A DNA stretch of 64,000 nt from Opitutus sp. (GTDB lineage Bacteria > Verrucomicrobiota > Verrucomicrobiia > Opitutales > Opitutaceae), in assembly GCA_024707325.1 (NCBI GenBank), contig JANPZY010000003.1, positions 17,361 through 81,360 on the forward strand. The letters are read 5' to 3'. Positions 9,624-20,277 of the stretch are shown here, piece after piece. The first letter of the stretch is position 1. The number at the start of each line of letters is the position of its first letter. The notes under the pieces were generated by a model. That model did not search any database, was not told the DNA's origin, and worked only from the letters and a program-made list of their open reading frames with translations. Made by a program: the position numbers and the translations under genes.

Positions 9624-9971
9624 TTATGCGGGCTGAGTTGTGAGCCGGGTGCGGCGGCTCGATTGAGGGAGGTTCTCCCGGAAAGCTGTGAGTTCATCGC
9701 GTCGGCAGATGGGGCGGACGTTGATCTTCCCGCGATGATTGAAGGTCTCGTAACCGCAGATCGGGATCTGCTTCGCGAAACGGCGGCGGAACGTGTCTTC
9801 GCTGACGCCGAGGAACCGCGAGATAGCGAGGGTCCCCTTCACGTATTCCCCATTGGGGGAAGTCGTCAGGTGGCGCCTCACCTCGGCCGCAAGTCCCGGC
9901 GCAAGCAGCGGAACAAGCAGTTCCGCTAGCTCGGCAAGCTGCGATCGACTCTCAAGGTTACTTAAACCCAT
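9624..9971 (-). CDS. HTH DNA-binding protein (excisionase/regulator-like)
   Basis: GTLAISRFLGVSEDTFRRRF is HTH-like. It lies in the int-proximal module. Confidence 0.4.
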   Translation of the reverse strand: MGLSNLESRSQLAELAELLVPLLAPGLAAEVRRHLTTSPNGEYVKGTLAISRFLGVSEDTFRRRFAKQIPICGYETFNHRGKINVRPICRRDELTAFRENLPQSSRRTRLTTQPA

Positions 9972-10056
9972 GACGAAAACGTAGCTTACTTTCGTTATGG
10001 CTTGGTTACTTTAACCTTGGACGAAATAATGAAGCGCAGGTAGGCCGAGGGTGCTC

Positions 10057-10338
10057 TTAAAGCCCAGAGCCTTTGCCTTCTTCTTCAGCTTCAGCTTGGC
10101 CTCTCGGGGAACGGAGCCGCCGATCAATTCTTTTTCGGGCTCGCTCGGTGTCTTTTGCAATTTGGAGGTAATCTTCCGGGGTGAGTTCGACATCACGGGT
10201 TGCTTGCTGGATGAGATCATGGAGGAACTCGGTGAGGTATTTATCTTGCTGCTTTGCCAGCTTACGAAGGCGACGTGCATCAGTCCGAGGAATCCAGACT
10301 GAAAGACCTTCTTTATCGGGCGCGTGTTGGTTTGGCAT
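10057..10338 (-). CDS. Ribbon-helix-helix (Arc/CopG-like) protein
   Basis: LSVWIPRTDARRLRKLAKQQDKYLTEFLHDLIQQA fits a strand-helix-helix pattern. The surrounding region has lower GC. Confidence 0.5.
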   Translation of the reverse strand: MPNQHAPDKEGLSVWIPRTDARRLRKLAKQQDKYLTEFLHDLIQQATRDVELTPEDYLQIAKDTERARKRIDRRLRSPRGQAEAEEEGKGSGL

Positions 10339-10424
10339 CGTCGTTGCTGAGGGTTAAATACACCGGGCGTTTTGCAATCTTTTTTTGGTTTCCTTCGGGA
10401 CACCGCTTTCGCTACTAACACCCC

Positions 10425-10631
10425 ATGCTGGGTTACTTAGGACTGTTTGTTTTTTGCACGATTATCGCGTGCGTCGCCTTATCAGGTAGTCGTTTCGACG
10501 AGGATAGCATAGGTGGAAAGATTATGGCTCGTCTCCTCGTTGGCCTCGTGGTGTCAGCGATTATTTACGGAATCTTCCATGGGGCTTTCCCCGGTGGAGA
10601 CTCGGGTGATTTACCAATGAGTAAGCCTTAG
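10425..10631 (+). CDS. Small two-TM membrane protein (68 aa)
   Basis: Two hydrophobic spans: GLFVFCTIIACVAL and LLVGLVVSAIIYGIF. It is the only plus-strand ORF in the element, lies next to int, and has low GC. Confidence 0.4.
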   Translation: MLGYLGLFVFCTIIACVALSGSRFDEDSIGGKIMARLLVGLVVSAIIYGIFHGAFPGGDSGDLPMSKP

Positions 10632-10635
10632 CATG

Positions 10636-11841
10636 CTACGAGGCGAGCCCTTGGTGAATCGAGCTGATTAGGGCCTTTAGGCGAGGTTTATTATTTTTAT
10701 ACCACTTCGACAGGCTCTCGGGCGTCATCCGATAGTAGTCCTCTGCCTCGTGCTTGGGGAAGCGCCTGCGGTAATGCTTGAGCGTGATCGACGGGCGCGT
10801 GTGTAACGCTACCCTTGCTCCTTTCTCGAGCGAGCCTGTCAGCGAAATGAAATGACTCAAGGCCGTCCTTCGGGCCACGTCCTGCGGCCAAGGCCTGCTC
10901 CGGTCGAACCCAAGCCTTCGATGAAACGCAGTGACGCGATGCCCAAGGTTGGGAGGAGCGATCGGCCCGCTCTTCTTTCTTCGTATCCATTTCCACAATA
11001 CAGGGTGGAATCCCTCGATGAATTCCACGTCGCCCTGCTCATGCTTTCCCACTCGAACACGGATCGCGCCCTCGCTGCGAATGAAGTCTGAGTAGTCGAG
11101 CAGCGCGGCGGTCTCCGGCCTCACGGCGGCGAACCATTCTGCGCCCATGATGGACGTAAGCTCAGGGAACTCGACCACGGCGATGGCCAGCACGACGCGA
11201 GCCTCGGCAAATGTGAAGGCAATGCGTTTCGGTGCCGGCTGTGGTATGTCGAGTTCTTTCAGTGGCGATCTGTGAAGGGCGTGCTTCTTCTCGACGGCCC
11301 AATTTAGGAAGACGCCGAGCGCCTTGGAGAAGCTGTAGCGCCCCGATGGGCTATGTGGCAGCGACATGATCCACCGCTCAAACTCGGGGTTCCTTACCTC
11401 GCTCATCATTCTGCCGCCAAACTTCCGTGTTAACGCGGTCACGGCATCCTTCTGCTGACCGTAGGAGTTCCACTTGAGTGCGCGGGCTCGCACCCTCGCC
11501 TGCTTCATCCGCAGAAACTCTGCTGCGAGATCGTCAACCGAGCGGTCGGTCCGCGGCATCACATCCAGCCCGGCCTTGAAGATCGAGAGCAGTGGGGTGC
11601 TCGGGCGCCCTTCGGCCAGCCGAATCATCTCCCGCAGCTCGAGATCGTGGCGCGCGGTCGCTTCGATGTGCCCGACCCCGAACTGCTGAAGAGCGAGCTG
11701 GGTTTGGTAGGCTTTGTCGCGCTCGGCCTCTGTTTCAAAGTAACGCTTCTTGCGGTCGATCGCGAACCAGTAAGGAGAGCGGCCGGTGGCGGCCTTTGCT
11801 TTGTCGTATCCGATCGTCAGTCGGGGCGTGTATGGCGGCAT
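10636..11841 (-). CDS. int: Tyrosine recombinase / phage integrase
   Basis: C-terminal catalytic region ARRTALSHFIS...ALHTRPSITLKHYRR. Adjacent to the tRNA. ATG 11841 is preferred over TTG 11940, which overlaps the tRNA-distal hairpin. Confidence 0.85.
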   Translation of the reverse strand: MPPYTPRLTIGYDKAKAATGRSPYWFAIDRKKRYFETEAERDKAYQTQLALQQFGVGHIEATARHDLELREMIRLAEGRPSTPLLSIFKAGLDVMPRTDRSVDDLAAEFLRMKQARVRARALKWNSYGQQKDAVTALTRKFGGRMMSEVRNPEFERWIMSLPHSPSGRYSFSKALGVFLNWAVEKKHALHRSPLKELDIPQPAPKRIAFTFAEARVVLAIAVVEFPELTSIMGAEWFAAVRPETAALLDYSDFIRSEGAIRVRVGKHEQGDVEFIEGFHPVLWKWIRRKKSGPIAPPNLGHRVTAFHRRLGFDRSRPWPQDVARRTALSHFISLTGSLEKGARVALHTRPSITLKHYRRRFPKHEAEDYYRMTPESLSKWYKNNKPRLKALISSIHQGLAS

Positions 11842-11939
11842 AAATTGTAAAAAACTGTTCTCCCGGGAGAACAAAAGTGCCCTTTTTGCGGGTTTTTGCG
11901 GGTTCGGCACCAGCAAGGCCACCTGCCATAATTCGGGCA

Positions 11940-11975
11940 ATAAGAAAGCCGCTAACCTATGATGGTCAGCGGCTT
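11940..11975 (-). terminator. Hairpin downstream of tRNA-Tyr
   Basis: AAGCCGCT (11946-11953) pairs with AGCGGCTT (11968-11975) around a 14-nt loop. The T tract is short. Confidence 0.35.
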
Positions 11976-11981
11976 AAGAAG

Positions 11982-12067
<86 letters not shown>

Positions 12068-12167
12068 AAAAAGGGAACGCGGAAAATCTGGATTCGAATC
12101 ACGGAGAGCAAGGTTTTTTTGTGCTGCTTTAAGCCATTCGTGACACAGAGTTCTCGGCGCAAATCCC

Positions 12168-13620
12168 ATGCGCGACAAAGGCCGCGAATTGCTCGACGAT
12201 TTTCTGGCCCGCGGGCTGTGGTGGAACCTCTATACCATCGCCGGTCTGCTGCTGGCCTTTTTCCTCGTCGCCCGCCTCATGAGCGAAAAAGCGTGCGCCC
12301 GCCAACACGTTTGCCTGGCTGCTGGTGATCGTGCTGATCCCCTACGTGGGCGTGCCGCTCTACCTGCTTCTGGGCGGACGCAAATTGCAGAAACTCGCGG
12401 AGCGAAAATCGCGTCTGTTGCCCACCCTGCCCTCGGCCGCGAAAAGTCCGTCGGCCTTCGAAACGCTCCCCATCGCGCACACGTTGATGGCCAATGGCGC
12501 GGCGCCGCCCGTGGCCGGAAATCACCTCGAATATCTCACGACCGGCGAGGCCGCGTTCGCTGCGCTGGAGCACGGCATCCGCCACGCGCAATCGACGATC
12601 CACATCACGACGTTCATCCTTGGTCGTGACGATACGGGACGCCGCATCGTGAAGCTGCTCGCCGAACGCGCGAAGGCCGGCGTGAAGGTCCGCCTCCTGC
12701 TCGACTCGGTCGGCTGCATGTTTCTCAGCCGCGATTTCTTCGCTCCGATCAAGCGCGCCGGCGGAGAGGTCGTGTGGTTCATGCCCGTGCTGCCGTTCAC
12801 GTCGCGCGGTTCGGCCAATCTCCGCAATCATCGCAAGATCGCGGTTTTCGACCACGCCACCGCGATCGTGGGCGGCCACAATCTCGCGCGCGAATACATG
12901 GGGCCCCAGCCGTTCAGGAAGCGCTGGCAGGATTTCGGCGCCGTGATCAAAGGTCCTGCGGCCGCGCTCGTGAACGAGATCTTCATTGCGGACTGGTGCT
13001 TTGCCAGCCGCCAGTCGCCCGACGCCTTGCACGCGGAAATTCCCGCGGGAGACGCCGTGCAACCGCAGGGCACGACCGAACTCCAGGTCGTCGCGAGCGG
13101 CCCCGACGTCCCAGGCGATCCGCTCTACGAAGGCATTCTGGCGATGATTCAGGAAGCGCGGCGCACGCTGTGGTTGATCACGCCGTATTTCCTGCCCGAC
13201 GAAGTCCTGCTGCGCTCCCTGCTCGTGCGCGCGCACGCGGGCTGCGAGATCACGCTGATCCTGCCGGCGAAATCGAATCACCCGATCACCGATTTCGCGC
13301 GGCGCCACTATGTGCGCTTGCTGCGGCGCGCGGGAGTGAAGGTCTGGCACTTCGCGCCGGGCATGATGCACAGCAAGGCCGTGATCGCGGACGATCGCAT
13401 CGCGCTCTTCGGCTCGCCCAACTTTGACCCGCGAAGCCTCTTCGTGAACTTCGAAGTCGGCGTCTTCGTGCACTCCGCTGAAGACGTGCGCGCGATGAAA
13501 GTGTGGGCCGAAGCGCTGCTGGCACGGTGCCGCGAACCGAAACGTGGATCGCACCAGAAAACCGGCCGCTTGGTGAGTGTGCTGGAAGATCTCTCCCGGT
13601 TGCTCGCCCCACTGCTGTGA
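12168..13620 (+). pseudogene. cls: Cardiolipin synthase, frame broken once near the N-terminus
   Basis: N-terminal TM region (ORF 12168..) plus ANTFAWLLVIVLIPYVGVPLYLLLGGRK and two PLD HKD motifs (NHRKIAVFD, MHSKAVIAD). Shortening the A5 run at 12286-12290 by one base gives MSEKRAPANTFAWLL. Confidence 0.85.
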
Positions 13621-13903
13621 CGCCGCTGGTCGCAACTTCCCCGCAGATTCTGTGTTCGGGTGAACCTGCATGAATCTCCGTCCATCGTATCGGCTCGGTG
13701 CGGCCATCGTCCGGAGTTTTGTTGGTGATGCGAGCAGTGGCCGCGGAGTCGATCTCTCGCGGAGCGCGAGCGCCAGGCTGGTTGCGACGAGCGCGAGCAA
13801 ACCCACGGTCCTGCAACGTTGATGGGGATGGCGTTTGAGACGCGTTCGCGTAAGTTCCACCTGCGCACGCTCCCCTTTCAACAGCGGCGTTAACTGCTAC
13901 CCC

Positions 13904-15001
13904 ATGAAAACGCTCCTCTGCTTTCTGCTGATCGTTTCTTTCTTTGCCCCGCGTCTCGACGCGGCCCCGTTTCGTCTCGGCATCGTGGGTCTCGAGCACG
14001 GACACGTGGACGGATTTTTAGCAGAGGCGCTGTCACGGTCCGACATCGAAGTCGTCGGCGTCGTCGAGCCGAAAGCAGCACTCGCGGCCGACTATGCTGA
14101 ACGCCTGACGATTCCAACCGAGCTCCTGTTTAGCGATCTCGACGAGATGCTCGTGAACGCAAAACCCGAAGGTGTCGCCGTGTTCACTTCGACCTTCGCA
14201 CACAAGGACGTCGTCGAAGTCTGCGCGAAGCGGCGGGTCGACGTGATGATGGAAAAGCCGCTCGCGGTGTCGATGGAGCACGCCCGCGTGATGCGGGACG
14301 CAGTGGAGCGCGATCCGATTCGTGTGCTCGTGAATTACGAGACGACGTGGTATCCCTCGCACGAACTTGCCCGCGCACTCACGCTGGATCAACGCGCCGT
14401 CGGCGATATCCGCAAGATCGTGGTGCGCGATGGCCACCAAGGGCCGCAGGAAATCGGTTGCCCCGAATCGTTTCTCTCGTGGCTCACGGATCCGAAGCTG
14501 AACGGTGGCGGTGCGTTGATGGATTTTGGTTGTTACGGTGCGAACCTCGCCACGTGGCTGCTCGAGGGTAAGCGTCCGCGCGCCGTCAGCGCGATCACTC
14601 ACCAGTGGAAACCATCCATCTATCCCAACGTCGACGACGACGCGACGATCCTGGTGAGTTATTCCGACGCCGACGTGGTGATTCAGGCGTCGTGGAACTG
14701 GCCTTTCGGGAGAAAAGACATGGATATCTATGGCGTGAAAGGCGCGATCGAGGTGATCGACCGCACCACGCTGCGACTTCGCGACAGCCATGGCCGCACA
14801 CGCTCACTCGACCCGGCGCCGCTGAAACCGAACTACAGCGAACCGCTCGGCTACTTCGCCGCGGTCGTGCGCGGCGAGATCCCCGAACATCCGCTTTCGT
14901 CGTTCGAGACGAATTTGGTCGTCACGGAGATTCTCGACGCCGCGCGGGAGTCCGCGCGCACGCAGCGCAGCGTTTCCCTGCCCGCAAAAGCTCCGTGGTG
15001 A
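13904..15001 (+). CDS. Gfo/Idh/MocA family oxidoreductase with signal peptide
   Basis: MKTLLCFLLIVSFFAPRLDAAP, then the Rossmann start FRLGIVGLEHGHV. Confidence 0.8.
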   Translation: MKTLLCFLLIVSFFAPRLDAAPFRLGIVGLEHGHVDGFLAEALSRSDIEVVGVVEPKAALAADYAERLTIPTELLFSDLDEMLVNAKPEGVAVFTSTFAHKDVVEVCAKRRVDVMMEKPLAVSMEHARVMRDAVERDPIRVLVNYETTWYPSHELARALTLDQRAVGDIRKIVVRDGHQGPQEIGCPESFLSWLTDPKLNGGGALMDFGCYGANLATWLLEGKRPRAVSAITHQWKPSIYPNVDDDATILVSYSDADVVIQASWNWPFGRKDMDIYGVKGAIEVIDRTTLRLRDSHGRTRSLDPAPLKPNYSEPLGYFAAVVRGEIPEHPLSSFETNLVVTEILDAARESARTQRSVSLPAKAPW

Positions 15002-15011
15002 CTTTCCGCGC

Positions 15012-16573
15012 TCAGGCGAGCGTGAGCTTGTATTCGACCGACTCGCGAAGGGCTTCCCAGCTTGCGTCGATGATGTTGTCGCTCACGCCGACGGTGCCCC
15101 AGATGTTGGTGCCGTCGCCGCTCTCGATGAGCACGCGCGTGCGGGATCCCGCGCCCGAGTTGCTGTCGAGAATGCGCACCTTGTAGTCGCGCAACGACAT
15201 CTCGCCGATCTGCGGATAAGCTTGGGCAAGCGCGAGACGCAGGGCCTTGTCCAGCGCGCCGATCGGGCCGGCTTCTTCGGCCACGGTGTGGACGGCTTCG
15301 CCGTTCACATGGAGTTTCACCGTCGCCTCGGCCCACAGTTGGTCACCGTGGCGTTCGATGATCACGCGATAGTTTTCGACGTCGAAAAACTTCTTCCGCT
15401 GCCCCGTGTGCTCGGCGACAAGCAACTTGAACGACGCGTCCGCCGCTTCGTATTCGTAACCGCGGAACTCGCGATCCTTCAGCGCCTCGATCAGCGCCTT
15501 CATCTCCGGACGCTTCTCATCGAGTTCGACTCCGAGTTCGCGCGCCTTCAGGGCGAGACTGCTGCGACCGGCCATGTCGGAAACCAACACGCGCGTGCGG
15601 TTTCCCACGAGCGAGGGATCGATGTGTTCGTAACTGCGCGCGACTTTTGCGCCGCGTTGGCGTGCAAGCCGCCCTTGTGCGCGAAAGCCGACAGGCCGAC
15701 AAACGGAGCTTTGGGATTCGGACGCAGGTTCGCCAGTTCGTCGAAGAAGAGCGAGAGGTCGCGGATCTGCGAGAGGTTGGGCGCGCAGTGCGGCTTCTTG
15801 CCCATCTTCAAAACGACGTTGGGCAAAATCGTGACGAGGTCGGCATTGCCGACGCGTTCGCCGTAGCCGTTGATCGTGCCCTGCACGAGCGTCGCACCGG
15901 CGTCGATGCCGGCCAGCGAGACGGCAACGCCGAGGCCGCTGTCGTTGTGGCAATGCACGCCGACCTTGTCGCCGCCGAAGCGGCTCACCGCCGCGCCGAC
16001 GATGCGGGTGACTTCAGGCACGAGTTTGCCGCCGTTGGTTTCGCAAAGCGTGAGATTGCTCGCCCCGCCACGAAGCGCCGCCTCGAGCGTGCGCAACGCG
16101 TAATCGGGATTGTCGAGGTAACCGTCGAAAAAGTGCTCGGCGTCGTAAATCACCTCGCGGCCCTGCGAGACGAGGAAGCGCACGCTATCTTCGATCATTG
16201 CCAGATTCTCCTCCGGCGTGGTGCGGAGGATCTCGTGAACGTGCAACAGCCAGGTTTTTCCCACGATCGTGAGCACCGGCATCTCGCTCTCGATCAGCGT
16301 GCGGAGCTGCGGATCCTCCTCGGGCTTCACGCCAGCGCGACGGGTGGCGCCGAACGCCGCGAGCTTGGCGTGCTTCAGCTTCAGTTTCTTCGCTTCGGCA
16401 AAGAACGAAATGTCGCGGGGATTCGAGCCAGGGAAGCCGCCCTCGATGTAGTCGACTCCAAACTGATCCAGCTTTTGCGCGATCAAGAGCTTGTCCGTGA
16501 CCGAGAAGCTAATGCCTTCCCCCTGCGTGCCATCACGCAGAGTCGTATCGTAGATCTTGAGGGCGGAGCTCAT
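15012..16573 (-). pseudogene. cimA: Citramalate synthase / LeuA-related synthase, frame broken once
   Basis: KIYDTTLRDGTQGEGISF...HCHNDSGLGVA...AHKGGLHANAAQ is followed in another frame by KVARSYEHIDPSLVGNRTRVLVSDMAGRS and the regulatory domain. Adding one base to the T4 run at 15645-15648 restores the frame. Confidence 0.85.
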
Positions 16574-16899
16574 GGAAAGGGCGCGAGATTTGAAGCCGTG
16601 GACGCCGCTGGCAAGGGAGCTTTTTGTCACGCGGCCAACGCAACTTCCTGCACAATTATTCTGCTCCCAGATTACGGTCAGCGAAAGTGGTGCAGGGTAT
16701 AGGTCCGATTCACCACTTGGCGTAGGAGCTAGTCCGTGTCTCCACTGGGAAAACTCCGGGAGAAGGGATCGGGGGTTAAGAAGCGCCGACGCGTTTGAAG
16801 AGCCCGCGCCGCGACGCATCATCTTCTTTTGTTCGTCGCGGGTGCTACCCTCCCGCGCAAATCCCCCACCCTCAATACGCGATTGGAGTTCAGACTATC

Positions 16900-17607
16900 A
16901 TGCATCATATCTCTCGTTCTCTGTGCGCAGGTTTCTCGCTGGCAGTTCTCTCGGCCAGCGCTGCGCTTGCTCAGCTCAGTGGTTCGGTCTACGGCGATTT
17001 CAACCCGCTCATGCCGGGCGACCGCGGTTACGACTACACCACCATTACCGACTCGGCGATCGACTCGCTCTTCACCACCGGCGATCCGGCCGATGCGGAA
17101 GGACCGACGGAACTTCGCCTCATCGACACGTCATTCGTGAACGTCCCCAGCGGCGGAGTCCTCGCGCAGGACTTCCTCTGGCTGAAAAACGGTAACAACT
17201 TCCTCGGCACCACCGCGGATCATGCCACCGTTGATCTGCTGCTGGATCTTCCCGACTACGGCATCGTCGGTCACTACCTCAGCACGGTTCATATCGCCAT
17301 CAACAACACCCTGAATGTGGGTGAAGACGGCACGCCGGACGTGTATTTCGTCACGAATGCCCCGGCGCCCGCTTCGTTGGACGTCGGCGATATGCGGCTG
17401 TGGTTCACGCTGTCGTTCCCCGGATTCGACGTGCCGCCCGGCACCGAAATCATCGAGCACGGCGAAGGCCTCACCGGACTGCTCACCGTGCGGTTCACAC
17501 CGATTCCGGAACCGTCGACCTACGCACTTATGGGCATGGCGGTCCTGGGTGTCGCGGTCGTGATACGGCGGATCCGCGGGCGGAAATCCACTCCGACGGT
17601 CGCTTAA
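16900..17607 (+). CDS. PEP-CTERM sorting-domain secreted protein
   Basis: Signal peptide, plus C-terminal PIPEPSTYALMGMAVLGVAVVIRRIRGRK (PEP motif, TM segment, basic tail). Confidence 0.8.
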   Translation: MHHISRSLCAGFSLAVLSASAALAQLSGSVYGDFNPLMPGDRGYDYTTITDSAIDSLFTTGDPADAEGPTELRLIDTSFVNVPSGGVLAQDFLWLKNGNNFLGTTADHATVDLLLDLPDYGIVGHYLSTVHIAINNTLNVGEDGTPDVYFVTNAPAPASLDVGDMRLWFTLSFPGFDVPPGTEIIEHGEGLTGLLTVRFTPIPEPSTYALMGMAVLGVAVVIRRIRGRKSTPTVA

Positions 17608-17632
17608 GCGACGAGTCCCCTCACCAACTCTC

Positions 17633-17660
17633 AAGCCCGGGCTCTCCGCCCGGGCTTTTT
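17633..17660 (+). terminator. Intrinsic terminator
   Basis: GCCCGGGC (17635-17642), loop TCTCC, GCCCGGGC (17648-17655), then TTTTT. Confidence 0.7.
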
Positions 17661-19022
17661 CATGCCACCGCGTGGGCTTCCACGAATGCACGAATCGCCG
17701 CGGCGTCGGCCTTGAGCCGATGATTCACCAGCGGACGGCTCTTCAGCGCCTCCAGCGACGGATGCGTGGCGTCCACCCCGATCGCATTCGCGATCGTTTC
17801 CGGAAACTTCGCGGGACTCGCGGTAGAGAGCACGATGCTCGTCCGCTCCGGATCGATCGATTGAAACGCACACGCCGTGTGCGGATCGATCACGTAGTTG
17901 TAATCTCGATACACGCGCTGGATGATCCCGGGAATCTCGGCATCGGTGCAGCGCGACGCACTGAAGGTGCCGCGATCGAAGTTCGGAAACGTGAACTCAC
18001 CCGTCGTTTTGAACGCGTGCATGATCTCGCGCACGCGCGCCGGATCGCGGCCGACGCTGAAATACAGAAAGCGCTCGAAGTTCGACGCCACCTGGATGTC
18101 CATCGACGGCGCGAGACTCGGCCTCACCTCACCCACGCGGTATTCGCCGGTCGTGAACAGGCGGTAGAGGATGTCGTTCTGATTCGTGGCGACCTTGAAG
18201 CCGCGAATCGGCACGCCCATCTGCTGGAGCAGCCAGCCGGCGAGCACGTTGCCGAAATTACCCGTCGGCACGACAAACTCGACGTTTTCGCGCTCCGCGG
18301 CCGGTAACCGCAGAAAGGCGTGCAGGTAGTAAACGCACTGGGCCAGCACACGCGCGAGATTGATCGAGTTGACCGCCGACAGGCGGAGTCGCGTGCGAAA
18401 TTCCTGATCGCCGAAAATCTCCTTCAGCGCGTGCTGCGCGTCGTCAAACGTGCCGTCGATCGCGAGCGCGAACACGTTGTCCGCGCCCGTGCAGGTCATC
18501 TGGCGCTCCTGCAACGGCGAGACACGTCCGTCCGGGTAAAGAATGAACACAGCCGTGCCGGGCTTGCCGAGCAGACCATGAATCGCCGCCGCACCGGTGT
18601 CGCCGGAGGTGGCGCCGAGCACATTGATCGTTTCCTTCCGCTGCGCGCACTGGCGCTCGTAGAGATTTCCGAGCAGCTGCAGGGCGAAGTCCTTGAACGC
18701 GAGCGTGGGTCCGTGCCACAGCTCCATCACGTGCAACCGCGACGAGAGCCGCCGCAGCGGTGCGATCTCGGGGTGCGAGAACGTCGCATACGAGCGCTGC
18801 ACGATCGCGCGCAGTTCGTCAGCCGGAATGTCGGTCGCGAACACGCGCAGGAACTCGTAACACAATTCCGGATACGCGAGCGACTCGAAGCGGCTCAACT
18901 CGCCCGAGAAATCGGGCAGCGTTTCGGGAAGAAAACAAGCCGCCATCCGGCGCAAGGCCGGTCGCCACCGCGTCGGAAAACCCGAGCGCGGCGGTTTGTC
19001 CGCGGGTCGAAACGTAGCGCAT
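17660..19022 (-). pseudogene. thrC: Threonine synthase, frame broken once near the N-terminus
   Basis: MRYVSTRGQTAALGFSDAVATGLAPDGGLF (ORF 18819..19022) continues as LPETLPDFSG... in ORF 17660..18955. Removing one base of the A4 run at 18932-18935 joins them. Confidence 0.9.
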
Positions 19023-19043
19023 CGGCGGAAAACTCCGGCCGGC

Positions 19044-20261
19044 TCAGGTGTTGTCCAGGCCGAACTCCGCGTGCACGAGTCGCGCCGCTTCGTCCGCCCG
19101 ATCGAGCGAGATCACGACGGAGATTTTGATTTCCGACGTGGTGATCAGATCGATGTTGATGCCCGCCGCGGCGAGGCACTGGAAGAGCGTGGCCGCGACA
19201 CCGGAGTGCGTCTTCATGCCGACGCCCACCACGGAAAGCTTGGCGATGTGCTCGTGCACCGCGACCTGGCCGCCGCCGATTTCGTCGAGCACGGGCTCGA
19301 GCGCTTTCACGGCCTTTTGCGAGTCCGTCTGCGGAACAGTGAACGTGAGATTCGCGATGCCATGGCGGCCGACGTTCTGCACGATCATGTCGACGATGAT
19401 GTTCGCATCGGCGAGCGCACGGAAGACCTTCGCCGCGGAGCCAGGCTTATCGAGAATGTTGCTGACGATGACCTTGGCCTGGTCCTTGTCCACGGCCACG
19501 CCGCGAACGACGACCTTTTCCATGTAGGCGACTTCTGCTTTCACAATGGTTCCTGGGTTGTGGTTGAAACTTGAGCGCACCTCGAACACCACGCCGTATT
19601 TGCTGGCGAACTCGACGGAGCGCGACTGCATGACCTTCGAGCCGGAAGAAGCGAGCTCGAGCATCTCGTCGTAACTGATTTCCTCGAGCTTGCGGGCGGT
19701 CTTCACGACGCGCGGATCGGCGGTGTAAACGCCGTCCACGTCGGTATAGATCTCGCACTTGTCGGCCTTCACCGCCGCCGCCAGCGCGATCGCCGTGAGA
19801 TCGGAGCCGCCACGGCCAAGCGTAGTGATCTGGCCGTCGTTGTTGATGCCTTGAAATCCAGCGACGATGACGACCTTGCCCGCCTTCAAATCACGGTCGA
19901 TCGGCTGCGCGTTAATCGTGGTGATTTTCGCTTTCGTGTGCGCCTTGTCCGTGAGGATGCCCGCTTGCGCGCCCGTGTAGCTCACCGCGGCCACGCCGAT
20001 CCCGTGAAGGGCCATCGCCGTGAGAGCGATCGTCTCCTGCTCGCCGGTCGCGAGCAGCATGTCGAGTTCGCGCTCGCTCGGCTGGTCGCACACCGCTTTG
20101 GCGCGGGCGATCAATTCGTTGGTGACGCCCGAGCGGGCGGAGACGACAACGACCACTTCGTTGCCCTCGTCGCGCGTGGCCTTGATGCGCTCGGCGACCT
20201 TCTTGATACGTTCGACGTCACCCACAGAGGTGCCGCCATATTTTTGCACGATGCGTGGCAT
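19044..20261 (-). CDS. lysC: Aspartate kinase
   Basis: MPRIVQKYGGTSVGD..., an amino-acid kinase domain plus two ACT domains. Intact. Confidence 0.9.
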   Translation of the reverse strand: MPRIVQKYGGTSVGDVERIKKVAERIKATRDEGNEVVVVVSARSGVTNELIARAKAVCDQPSERELDMLLATGEQETIALTAMALHGIGVAAVSYTGAQAGILTDKAHTKAKITTINAQPIDRDLKAGKVVIVAGFQGINNDGQITTLGRGGSDLTAIALAAAVKADKCEIYTDVDGVYTADPRVVKTARKLEEISYDEMLELASSGSKVMQSRSVEFASKYGVVFEVRSSFNHNPGTIVKAEVAYMEKVVVRGVAVDKDQAKVIVSNILDKPGSAAKVFRALADANIIVDMIVQNVGRHGIANLTFTVPQTDSQKAVKALEPVLDEIGGGQVAVHEHIAKLSVVGVGMKTHSGVAATLFQCLAAAGINIDLITTSEIKISVVISLDRADEAARLVHAEFGLDNT

Positions 20262-20277
20262 GGAATGCGTGTGAAAA

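Larger units (their letters stand above)
1..11981 (-). mobile_element. Partial prophage / integrative element integrated next to the 3' end of tRNA-Tyr; left boundary outside window
   Basis: A tyrosine integrase abuts the tRNA 3' end. It is followed by an Xis-like HTH, an RHH regulator, a recombination module (RecT-like, PD-(D/E)XK exonuclease, SSB, RusA), a replication module (DUF1376, DnaB), DUF1643 and about 10 small ORFs. All but one small plus-strand ORF are on the minus strand, with overlapping stop/start codons. No copy of the tRNA 3' end is seen in 1-600, so the second att site is not in the window. Confidence 0.75.

Noticed and set aside
13621-13903. Possible small minus-strand membrane ORF (...RCRTVGLLALVATSLALAL...) between cls and the oxidoreductase
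   Set aside because: The frame runs without a stop into the antisense of cls. Given the indel noise, its ends cannot be defined.
15012-19022. Genuine pseudogenisation of cimA and thrC
   Set aside because: Both are single-copy biosynthetic genes broken only by a one-base homopolymer difference, as are about 11 other genes. Systematic consensus error is the simpler explanation.
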